A stretch of DNA of 20,000 bases from an uncultured virus (IMG/VR IMGVR_UViG_3300009432_000017) (IMGVR_UViG_3300009432_000017), one strand, 5' to 3'; shown: positions 1-7,597, counted from the first letter of the stretch. Made by a program: numbers and translations. The notes: generated from the sequence alone by a model not told the origin.

Positions 1-185
1 ACAGTTTTACCATCCTGAGTAGTAACTTCTACATTCAGTGCCATAGCACCTCCTGAAGAAACAGTAATATAAGCCAACTTAATAGTTAGGTTATAAATAG
101 CTGAAGGTAATATGCGGCTCCCACCTACATAGTCTGTGTCAATCGCTGCGATGTTTGCGTTAGTTTTTAAGCTGGATAAATCCAT
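1..185 (-). CDS. Single-stranded DNA-binding protein, N4 gp45-like (5' part only; runs off the window)
   Basis: Not in the ORF track. Hand translation from ATG at 185 gives MDLSSLKTNANIAAIDTDYVGGSRILPSAIYNLTIKLAYITVSSGGAMALNVEVTTQDGKT..., open to the window edge, with RBS AGGAG upstream. Position after primase and AAA ATPase matches N4 order gp43-gp44-gp45. Confidence 0.75.
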   Translation of the reverse strand, partial: MDLSSLKTNANIAAIDTDYVGGSRILPSAIYNLTIKLAYITVSSGGAMALNVEVTTQDGKT

Positions 186-198
186 GGTGTTGCTCCTG

Positions 199-927
199 TT
201 AAGCGTAATATTCGTGCAGACGGTTAAATACGTTCTGCAAGTTGTTATCAATAAATGTTTCGTTAATACCCCAACACTCATATGAGCTACGTAAACGTTC
301 GTTCACGGTTTCTTTAGTTAACTTGGTTTGGAATACATATTTGAAGCCGAGTGCTTCTTCTTCTTCGGTTACTTTAAGTAAGTCACTTTTAAACTTGTCT
401 ATGCTTTTGAGGGTTACTTTTTTAGATGCTATTACGCATGAGAAGTATGACTCTACACCATTGGCTTTAATTGAGCCTTTAACTGGTACCTTGGTTTCAG
501 ATACCATATCGGCCTCATTAACTGAGTCTGCTGTGTGGGCCGTAAAGACCACGTTTTTTGAAGATGCCGCAACGTGTTGTTGCATTAGTTTTTTAAAGAA
601 CTGGGCGAAATCACCCCATGCTGCCATGCTGTTGGTAGACTTGTAGACGTACACTGACTCAAACATGTCCATCATGTAAGTAAGTGAATCTACTACTATG
701 GTGTGTATCTCTGGCATATCCTCAGCACGCTGAAATGCTTCTTCCACCTGGTAAGGATCTGTAATAACAAATTCTCTAAACTTGCTTCTGAATGGTAATA
801 ATTTGCCCGCTTCACAGTTCAAATACATCACCCCTTCTGGATTCTTTAGACCCATTAGAGATGCTGATTTTCCTGTAGCAGATTTTCCACCTAGCAGAAC
901 TAAGTGATTGTTGACTGTTTGGGTCAT
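199..927 (-). CDS. AAA_24/Sak4-like P-loop ATPase (N4 gp44-like)
   Basis: Walker A GKSATGKS, YLNCEAGK, Walker B IVVDS, FTAH motif; lies between primase and SSB as in N4-like phages. Confidence 0.8.
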   Translation of the reverse strand: MTQTVNNHLVLLGGKSATGKSASLMGLKNPEGVMYLNCEAGKLLPFRSKFREFVITDPYQVEEAFQRAEDMPEIHTIVVDSLTYMMDMFESVYVYKSTNSMAAWGDFAQFFKKLMQQHVAASSKNVVFTAHTADSVNEADMVSETKVPVKGSIKANGVESYFSCVIASKKVTLKSIDKFKSDLLKVTEEEEALGFKYVFQTKLTKETVNERLRSSYECWGINETFIDNNLQNVFNRLHEYYA

Positions 928-952
928 TGGTTTACTCCACGTTATGATTCAT

Positions 953-973
953 AAAAAGGCAACGGACGTTGCC
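953..973 (-). terminator. Hairpin GGCAAC-GTCC-GTTGCC plus T-tract; probable intrinsic terminator after primase (member of a repeated hairpin family)
   Basis: Perfect 6-bp stem 958-963/968-973 followed on the minus strand by TTTTTAT, 7 nt after the primase stop. Confidence 0.55.
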
Positions 974-980
974 CTTAAAG

Positions 981-3146
981 TTATGCTGCTCGCTTGTTAT
1001 AAGCTTTGCGTACTGATTGCATAATGGTAGATAGGATCTCTTCCTCTGAGAGTTTGTCCGGTATCTTCTCGTTCAGAGCAAAGATTGCTTGCTCTGTTTG
1101 AGTCACTGTTTTGCCTGAGTCTACAAGTAGCAAACCAAACTTAATAAGTTGGTTCGACCTGTTACCTAGTCCAGTGTTATTTACAAACCAGCGTTCAAGG
1201 TTAGATAGAGATTGTTGGTCTACTAACTTATTTTTACGCTTCTCGTTTTTACTGGTCTTAGGGATGAACTCAAGAGGGTTAAACAGTATGCCATCATTCT
1301 CTACTAGTGTGCTCGACAGACTTAACCACTTGCGGCTACGCTGTCCCGTACCATCATCTACTGCAAATGGTAACCAGTCATAGATAGCCTGCATGAACTC
1401 TTTGTAGTCAGGGCCATCTAGTTTGAGGATGTATTGCATAGGCATGATAATGCGGTACCTATCTTCACCATCTAGCCCATGGCGCTTAGTAGTGTAGAAG
1501 AATGATTTGTAATCCTTCAACAACTCCTGTGCAGTTTGCATAGGCACATCACCATCCACATCGATAACCAGTAAACTAAAGCCAGGTTTACATTTGTCTT
1601 CACATCTGTGGTTATCTAATAAGTGGTGGGTAACCCAGTGCATATCAGGCATTTGAGTAAGCTTACCTACGTTATCCCAGCTAATGTTCTCGCTGAGGTA
1701 GTTGTAAGCCACATGGTTTGAATAAGATACGTTTAGGCTTTCCAAGTCAGTTTCTTTCAGGCTTTCACCTTTAAGGAACTCAATACCATCATTATAGATT
1801 TTCTTAATGATGATGTTGTTTTGGTAACCATAGGCTATGGCCATAGTAAGCATCTCTGCTTTTTGCTGTAGATTACCTTTATAGAAAGGTAAGTCCTCTA
1901 CCAGCTCAACCTGAGTTACTTGCCTTGGTATATCACCAAGATACTTGGCTAACTTAACGTAAGGTCTATCACGGGTGATTAACTTAGCAAAATCTTTACC
2001 AGAGTCCTCAACAACTGCTATGGCGTTGTACAAGTGGTCTTCAGTGACGATAGGGCTGTTATCAATGAAAGCATATGTAGCTGCAAGCTTAAGTGCTTTA
2101 AACCAACGGTGCTCCATTTCAATGCGCTTAACAACATCAAACTCAGACATCTCTGCTGCACGGTCTTGGCAGTACATGGTGTACTCAATACGCAGCATCT
2201 CCTCATCTTTGTTAAGGTTAATTTGCTTCTTGTAGTTAATTGGATCAGCCAGGTCTAATAGATGCTCTGCCAACTCTTCAATGAACTGAAAGGATTGCTG
2301 TGAAGCATTACGCTTCATAATATCCTCAGCAGTTAAATCAAGTGAACGGTGTACGTCTTTAGTAAATGCAAAAATACATCTACGAGCGTAGCCTTTTTCT
2401 AACATGGCATTAAATTCATCTTCTTTCTTAGAACCATCTAGCAATGAGCTAGGAGTACCAAACATAATCAGGTTACATGGCGTTTGGCCATTTATCTCAG
2501 ATAGTCTGGTATTCTCTTTGGTATTTTTAGTAAGAGATTCTTTAACTTTACCTTTGTCGTACAACTCAAGATATTTAGAGAAAGCTTCACTGTTACCAGT
2601 AAGGTTGTCTCCAATCTCATCTATCTCAAAGTTAAGTGAGCCAGCATCAGCTAGTAGAAGTTTATGTCTGAATTGCTTCAGTGCGGGTGCAGTGGCATTA
2701 TCAAATGAACTTAACCATTGTCCTGACGCTTTGAACTCAGTACACAAGGCCTGAAACTCTGCATCTGGATCTGTATTGTTCTTGGCTGCTCTTTCCACGG
2801 ATAACTTCGCTAAATGCAGCTCAGTGGCATAGGGGAGCAGCTCGTCTTTGAATCGCTCTGTATATAGAGCACAAACTTCCTCTTCTAAGAAGTTCATAGC
2901 TTTTGTCTTTCCGGCGCCTGATGGTGCCAACGCAACTGCATACATATTAATAGGTAAAAGCTTATTGGTGTGCGTTCTCACACTGGCTCTCATCTGAGCT
3001 GCAATCTTACCAAAGAAGTAAGATACCAACATTCTGAAGAACACTGGGCTGTCATTCTCACAGTGTCCTGATAAGTGCTGTGCTAATTTCTCAGCAACAG
3101 GGTGGTACTTTATTTTTGCTGGGTCAAATACGGTTAGTTGTCTCAC
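981..3146 (-). CDS. DNA primase (N4 gp43-like: N-terminal P-loop/helicase-like domain, C-terminal primase and PriCT-like domain)
   Basis: 721 aa; Walker A APSGAGKT, EIDE; C-terminal VIDVDG and YTTKRH primase-like motifs; GNRSNQL PriCT-like tail; N4-like synteny. Confidence 0.85.
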   Translation of the reverse strand: MRQLTVFDPAKIKYHPVAEKLAQHLSGHCENDSPVFFRMLVSYFFGKIAAQMRASVRTHTNKLLPINMYAVALAPSGAGKTKAMNFLEEEVCALYTERFKDELLPYATELHLAKLSVERAAKNNTDPDAEFQALCTEFKASGQWLSSFDNATAPALKQFRHKLLLADAGSLNFEIDEIGDNLTGNSEAFSKYLELYDKGKVKESLTKNTKENTRLSEINGQTPCNLIMFGTPSSLLDGSKKEDEFNAMLEKGYARRCIFAFTKDVHRSLDLTAEDIMKRNASQQSFQFIEELAEHLLDLADPINYKKQINLNKDEEMLRIEYTMYCQDRAAEMSEFDVVKRIEMEHRWFKALKLAATYAFIDNSPIVTEDHLYNAIAVVEDSGKDFAKLITRDRPYVKLAKYLGDIPRQVTQVELVEDLPFYKGNLQQKAEMLTMAIAYGYQNNIIIKKIYNDGIEFLKGESLKETDLESLNVSYSNHVAYNYLSENISWDNVGKLTQMPDMHWVTHHLLDNHRCEDKCKPGFSLLVIDVDGDVPMQTAQELLKDYKSFFYTTKRHGLDGEDRYRIIMPMQYILKLDGPDYKEFMQAIYDWLPFAVDDGTGQRSRKWLSLSSTLVENDGILFNPLEFIPKTSKNEKRKNKLVDQQSLSNLERWFVNNTGLGNRSNQLIKFGLLLVDSGKTVTQTEQAIFALNEKIPDKLSEEEILSTIMQSVRKAYNKRAA

Positions 3147-3147
3147 G

Positions 3148-4125
3148 TTAGCCTCTTAGTATAAGTTCACCACTAGCGATTAACCTGTCCTTTTGTTTAC
3201 AGACAGGAAATGCATCGCAGTATTTACATGCGGTTACGTCACCACCTTTTTTAACCACAACACCGCCTTTAAGTGAGGCTTCTAAATCAGCAGCCATTTG
3301 GGTGTCAAAGTTCTTAGTGGAACGTATCATTTTTTCTGGATTCTTGTAGTACTTCCAGACATCGGCTTTACGCCACAGATCTTTGTCTGAACACTCAGGA
3401 ATATCTGCTTCATCAGTATCGATATACTTTTTAATATCAGCTATTTTTCCTCTAATAAAAGATTCGGTAGCTGCTACAGTTTTAAGGGGTAGACGGTACT
3501 CAAGGGTGCTAGCATTAGGATACTTGGGTTCTTTGGTACGAGTAGCCTGCCAGTCTTTAAATATAAACTGTATCGCCATCTCGTCCCGAGTAATGATGTC
3601 AGGGTTAAGCCAACGATAAATACTCCCTTGCATGATGTATTTGTCATCATTGGTTTTATTAATATAGGTGTAGACTGATGTGTTTTTTAAATCTTCTACG
3701 CGTCCTTCACCTACAAAGTCAAACTTACCTGAGATAATAAAGCCATCTATTTCTTTCTCTGAGCGTAGCTCTAGATAGACTGGTATTGTGTCCTCAGTTA
3801 AGTCTTCAGGTGCTGGGTTTACTTTAACCTTGTCTATGACCCTATCAGGGATCCCTAAGTTACTTAGGCCTTGCTTGTAGTTATTTACCCAAGCATTCTC
3901 TAATCCATCGTGCACTGCTGTACCTGTTCTAGACGGTATGAGCGCAGCTACGTCTGGGACGTTAACGCTTTTGTCTACTCTTTTAGTGAGAACAAGCTGA
4001 CGTATTGGCTTAAGTAATGATGTAGCTGATATGTGGTTTTCACGGTTATCGTGGTCGTAGGTGTCATGAGCTAACCATACTGCTACAGACAGCGGTATGT
4101 TGCTATTATTGGTATAGGCAGGCAT
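3148..4125 (-). CDS. PD-(D/E)XK nuclease (N4 gp42-like exonuclease)
   Basis: ISATSLL, GTAVH, ISGKFD...EDLK nuclease motifs and C-terminal CKYCDAFPVC. Likely start is ATG 4125 (MPAYTNN); the track start at 4161 lies inside a hairpin. Confidence 0.75.
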   Translation of the reverse strand: MPAYTNNSNIPLSVAVWLAHDTYDHDNRENHISATSLLKPIRQLVLTKRVDKSVNVPDVAALIPSRTGTAVHDGLENAWVNNYKQGLSNLGIPDRVIDKVKVNPAPEDLTEDTIPVYLELRSEKEIDGFIISGKFDFVGEGRVEDLKNTSVYTYINKTNDDKYIMQGSIYRWLNPDIITRDEMAIQFIFKDWQATRTKEPKYPNASTLEYRLPLKTVAATESFIRGKIADIKKYIDTDEADIPECSDKDLWRKADVWKYYKNPEKMIRSTKNFDTQMAADLEASLKGGVVVKKGGDVTACKYCDAFPVCKQKDRLIASGELILRG

Positions 4126-4199
4126 ATATAGTTCTCTGTACATTGAAATCATTAAACCCAACGGACGTTGGGCTTATAAGTGGGTTTACGGGTAGGAGT

Positions 4200-4637
4200 T
4201 TACTTACTTAGTTCTTTCCACAATTCCTTGGCTTCATCTAAGTTGATACATTTTATTAGTGAAGGGTTAATCATAAAATATTTGTTATCAGGTACTAATT
4301 GGTATTTGCGTTGGTAACGCTTAATGACAGGTACAATAATCTTTGCATCTTTGAGTTGCTTAATGTACCTATAAAAAATTTGGTATGAAGAAGAAGATGT
4401 ATCTCTAATCCTATCTAAAATAGGGTAAGAGCAAATACCTACTTCTGATGTGTAATTATTCTTCAGCTCAATAAATAATACTTGAGCTGCAGGTGTAACT
4501 TTTACTAAGACATCGAGTAAGTCTTGTTTGTTGTATCCGTTGTTTAACGGCACAGTTAATTTAAAAGGTGGGGCAGGCGGTACTATCTTATCTAATGGTT
4601 TGAATAGAGTTTTAAACTTTTCATTAGGTATCAACAT
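4200..4637 (-). CDS. RepL-like winged-helix DNA-binding / replication-maintenance protein
   Basis: Helix 'YQIFYRYIKQLKDAKII' followed by a wing ending 'YFMINPSL', resembling the Y-M-(I/V)-N-P signature of RepL-family wHTH proteins; RBS GGAG upstream. Confidence 0.5.
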   Translation of the reverse strand: MLIPNEKFKTLFKPLDKIVPPAPPFKLTVPLNNGYNKQDLLDVLVKVTPAAQVLFIELKNNYTSEVGICSYPILDRIRDTSSSSYQIFYRYIKQLKDAKIIVPVIKRYQRKYQLVPDNKYFMINPSLIKCINLDEAKELWKELSK

Positions 4638-4771
4638 TATTAGTTACATCTCCAGAACGTTATAAATTACTTTAGCTATAACTATTGATCTTTACTGCTT
4701 TTTGCTTTACCGTAAAGACCTTCCCGACATATGCCCAGACCTACACCCCCCATATACTCTTATCAACTAAT

Positions 4772-4932
4772 ACTATATAAGTAAGTGCAAGTAAGCATAC
4801 TACGTATACTTACTTGCACAATGCGAGCGCAGCGGAAGCATTGTGCTTATTAAGTAATAACTATATAAGTAATAAAAGGGTAAACGTTTACGTAAGTAAA
4901 CCTAGTTAATTAAGCTTAACTAAATTTAATTA
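4772..4932. repeat. AT-rich cluster of inverted and direct repeats (putative origin or regulatory region)
   Basis: IR GTGCAAGTAAG 4785-4795 / CTTACTTGCAC 4809-4819; overlapping IR GCACAATGC 4816-4824 / GCATTGTGC 4838-4846; direct repeat ACTATATAAGTAA at 4772-4784 and 4860-4872; palindromes GTAAACGTTTAC (4880-4891) and TTAAGCTTAA (4910-4919). The repeats are certain, the function is inferred. Confidence 0.6.
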
Positions 4933-4933
4933 A

Positions 4934-4952
4934 TGGTACATATGTTGGTACA
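4934..4952 (+). repeat. Distal pair of integrase arm-type repeats
   Basis: TGGTACA-TA-TGTTGGTACA, same motif and 12-bp spacing as the pairs at 5451 and 5670. Confidence 0.6.
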
Positions 4953-5035
4953 TGATACCCAATTAGATTAATAATTCTACTAAAATCAGTCTAGTAAACT
5001 AACTTTAATAAGTCTGTCTGAGGAATCGAATTAGT

Positions 5036-5266
5036 TTAACTAGTTAAAACTCTTTCCTCAATCTCAATCATTTTATCTATAAAACGTTTAGCTTCTTCTC
5101 TGGTTTTAGAGTTAGGCAATTGCTCACCGGTAACTCTATGGGTAGATCTAAAAAAATCTATGTGTTCTGGTTTAGGGATTTTTTTAACTACGGCACGATG
5201 CTTATTAATATCAAAGTCTGAACCAGGAATGTACTGAGGAATTATGTCGTACTTTTTATATCTCAT
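5036..5266 (-). CDS. Hypothetical protein (76 aa)
   Basis: ATG-started ORF on the main coding strand with plausible composition; no recognisable motif. Confidence 0.55.
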   Translation of the reverse strand: MRYKKYDIIPQYIPGSDFDINKHRAVVKKIPKPEHIDFFRSTHRVTGEQLPNSKTREEAKRFIDKMIEIEERVLTS

Positions 5267-5450
5267 AAGTACTTATCTAATTTTTTCATGGCTATCAATG
5301 TACGGATTGTAAGTAGGGTAAAAACGGACATTTTTTTTCCTAATTGGTTAAATGATCTGCAGTCAGTCACTATATTGCAAAAAGATCTTGCACAGTGAAT
5401 GTCGATGTATATAATGCTGCCCACATCAAGAGGTGAGCAGGAATATCTCT

Positions 5451-5761
5451 TGTTGGTACATATGATGGTATCAGACTTAGTTAGAAAACATAAAGTCCAA
5501 TTAAAACATATGTTTAAGTAAGGTTTGTGCTGGCGGGTTCCGCCTCCAATCATTTATACGTGTAGTACCTTTAAAGTAGTTAAACCATTGTTTTACATAA
5601 TAAATCTACCATTTGAGTAGATTTTTTTATGTCTGGAATTCGTACGCATTCGCCTAAATCCGCAAAATGTGTTGGTATTTATGTTGGTACATTTCAGAAT
5701 TGTGGCGCATAGTGGTAAATGTACCAACAAACCTATAATTAAATGTACCAACAAAAGTACA
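5451..5761. other. Putative attP region: arm-type repeats, candidate core, IHF-like site and hairpin
   Basis: TGTTGGTACA-type repeats at 5451, 5463, 5670, 5682 (direct) and AAATGTACCAACAAA at 5717-5731 and 5741-5755 (inverted); IHF-like TAAACCATTGTTT 5581-5593 (1 mismatch to YAANNNNTTGATW); hairpin 5602-5624; lies immediately upstream of a P4-type integrase. Confidence 0.7.
5602..5628 (+). terminator. Terminator-like hairpin inside the att region
   Basis: AAATCTAC (5602-5609) / GTAGATTT (5617-5624) followed by a T-run. Confidence 0.45.
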
Positions 5762-5775
5762 TAAGGAATTGACCG

Positions 5776-7044
5776 ATGCCCTTAACTAACTTGGCTTTGG
5801 CTAACGCCACGCCAAGAGATAAAGATTATAAGCTGTCTGATGGGAAAGGACTGTATTTACTGGTTAAGAAGAATGGTAGTAAATACTGGAGATGGTCATA
5901 TCGACATGATGGTAAGCAACGGACTATGGCCTTGGGTGTTTATCCTGAAGTGGGTGCTAAGACAGTTCGTGAACGTCATACTGAATTAAGAGTAATTTTA
6001 GCTACTGGCTCAGATCCTCAGGAGCACTCTAAACAAGTAAAGTTAGATAAAGTCAAACAAAATGAAAAAGGTGTCATGTTCCATGATGTCTTAGACACTT
6101 GGTTTGAAGACTGGAAAACTGAGTACCACGGTAAGACTATTGTGCGTAACAGTGGGATCATAGATAACTGGATCAAACCATTCACCATAGACCTCCAAGC
6201 CAAGGATATGAACGGTACTATTGTCATTGGCTTGATACGTAGGTTAGAAGCCCTTGATAAGCGTCCTACAGCTCATAAGACTTACACTATTCTCAAGCAG
6301 ATGTTTGCTTGGTGTATTGCAGAGCCCACCATACCTATTGACCGTAATTGGGCCATGGACATTGGTGAACTGAGAAAGCCATTATTAGAGAGTCACTACG
6401 CAGCTATGGTGACACCTAAAGAGATAGGTGGCCTGTTGCACTCGATAGCAACAAGTAGCTCATTCTGGCTTACTAAGCTCGCTATGCGGTTATCATTACA
6501 TTGGTTTATCAGACCAGGAGAACTCCGTAATCTGAAGTGGAGTGATGTTAACTGGGACATGGAGTGTGTTCAGATTGATGCCGAAGATATGAAAAAGACT
6601 AAAACGGTTCAAGAGCACTGGGTACCTTTAACTAAACAAACTAAAGAAATGCTGTTATTCATCAAACACAACGGCTACGCCTCTGTGTTTGTGTTTCCTT
6701 CTGTTAGGACCCTTTGTAAACCAATAAGTGAAAATACAGTTAATACTGCATTAAAAAGTATGGGCTTCAAAGGTAAGCAAACTGCACACGGCCTCAGAGC
6801 CACAGCTAGGACACTATTAGAAGAAGAATTAGGTGAGAATGCTTTATATGTAGAGCATCAGCTAGCGCACGTAGTGCGTGACGCTAATGGTAGAGCTTAC
6901 AACCGTACTACTATGCTAGATGAGCGCAGAGAGATGCTACAACGTTGGTCTAACTACCTAGATGAGTTGGAGTATAAAGCTACTTACGGTATAGTTATCC
7001 AATCCAAGTATGAAACTGCATTAAATAAAAAGGAAGTCGAATGA
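5776..7044 (+). CDS. int: P4-family (IntA-like) tyrosine integrase
   Basis: N-terminal arm-binding domain (YKLSDGKGLYLLVKKNGSKYWRWSYR...MALGVYPEV); intact catalytic set R (FIRPGELR), HGLR, QLAH, Y (RAYNRT); RBS AAGGA. Confidence 0.95.
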   Translation: MPLTNLALANATPRDKDYKLSDGKGLYLLVKKNGSKYWRWSYRHDGKQRTMALGVYPEVGAKTVRERHTELRVILATGSDPQEHSKQVKLDKVKQNEKGVMFHDVLDTWFEDWKTEYHGKTIVRNSGIIDNWIKPFTIDLQAKDMNGTIVIGLIRRLEALDKRPTAHKTYTILKQMFAWCIAEPTIPIDRNWAMDIGELRKPLLESHYAAMVTPKEIGGLLHSIATSSSFWLTKLAMRLSLHWFIRPGELRNLKWSDVNWDMECVQIDAEDMKKTKTVQEHWVPLTKQTKEMLLFIKHNGYASVFVFPSVRTLCKPISENTVNTALKSMGFKGKQTAHGLRATARTLLEEELGENALYVEHQLAHVVRDANGRAYNRTTMLDERREMLQRWSNYLDELEYKATYGIVIQSKYETALNKKEVE

Positions 7045-7153
7045 AAAATTATTATTAAGCTTAGTTGTTATCGGTGCCACTGCTTGCAGCAGCGCACCTA
7101 AACGTGAAGTAATTCCTGGTACCGTTGTACAGGTTGTCACTCGTTGTAATTAA
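7041..7153 (+). pseudogene. Small lipoprotein gene with a 1-nt frameshift in an A-run (possible superinfection-exclusion lipoprotein)
   Basis: ATGA overlap with the int stop and RBS AAGGAAG. As written, ATG AAA AAT TAT TAT TAA stops after 5 codons. Adding one A to the A5 run (7044-7048) gives MKKLLLSLVVIGATACSSAPKREVIPGTVVQVVTRCN*, a signal peptide II with lipobox-like ATA|C. Confidence 0.65.
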
Positions 7154-7383
7154 TCCCTGGATTGAATACGAGCGTCGACCCATTTCTGTACTTCACTGTC
7201 TACCCATCCTACGGCTTTACCAGTTATAGGAACTGGCTTAGGGAATGAACCTTCCCTAATTAGTTTATGCAGTGTTGTGTGACCAATGCCGGTTACATGA
7301 AGTACTTCTGGTTTGCGTAGTAAGCGAGTGAGAGGAATTACCTTACCCTCTAAATTATTCTGTGATTCGATTGATTCAAACAT
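7150..7383 (-). CDS. alpA: AlpA-family regulator / recombination directionality factor (excisionase)
   Basis: RLLRKPEVLHVTGIGHTTLHKLIREGSFPKPVPITGKAVGWVDSEVQKWV is a typical AlpA pattern; convergent with the integrase; RBS GAGG. Confidence 0.9.
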   Translation of the reverse strand: MFESIESQNNLEGKVIPLTRLLRKPEVLHVTGIGHTTLHKLIREGSFPKPVPITGKAVGWVDSEVQKWVDARIQSRD

Positions 7384-7398
7384 TTTACGTCCTCAACG

Positions 7399-7427
7399 AA
7401 AAAAGCCACCTTATTAGGGTGGCTTTT
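7399..7427 (-). terminator. Intrinsic terminator (probably bidirectional) between thyX and alpA
   Basis: AAAAGCCACC (7401-7410) / GGTGGCTTTT (7418-7427) with T-runs on both strands. Confidence 0.75.
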
Positions 7428-7597
7428 ATTTATTAGTTAGTTTTACTGTTCAGGCATGTGTGTGGCCATTTGTAGTACATAGGTACACGATTAAACATGC
7501 TACTTTTGTATATTCTTATATAAAATTGATACGACCTGAAGGGGTCTTTAAGCACGGATGCAAGGGCTGGTATCACCGCCTATACTACGAGGAATCT

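Noticed and set aside
242..3619. Plus-strand and nested ORFs (242, 1111, 1975, 2018, 2034, 2404, 3383)
   Set aside because: Shadows or alternative frames of well-supported minus-strand genes.
5532..5544. GGCGG-GTT-CCGCC as an N4 vRNAP promoter or a full tRNA
   Set aside because: The loop is not GNA on either strand and no cloverleaf can be built; kept only as an att core candidate.
5263..5553. 96-aa minus-strand ORF
   Set aside because: Non-canonical start, no clear RBS, atypical composition, and it overlaps the att arm and core elements; probably spurious.
4200..7430. Cassette as a prophage boundary or a complete P4/PICI satellite
   Set aside because: No host genes on either side, no satellite primase or capsid-modifying genes, and I found no flanking attL/attR direct repeats by eye (not excluded computationally).
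7571..7580. TATCACCGCC matching a lambda operator half-site
   Set aside because: Single half-site with no symmetric partner and no lambda-like CI; probably chance.
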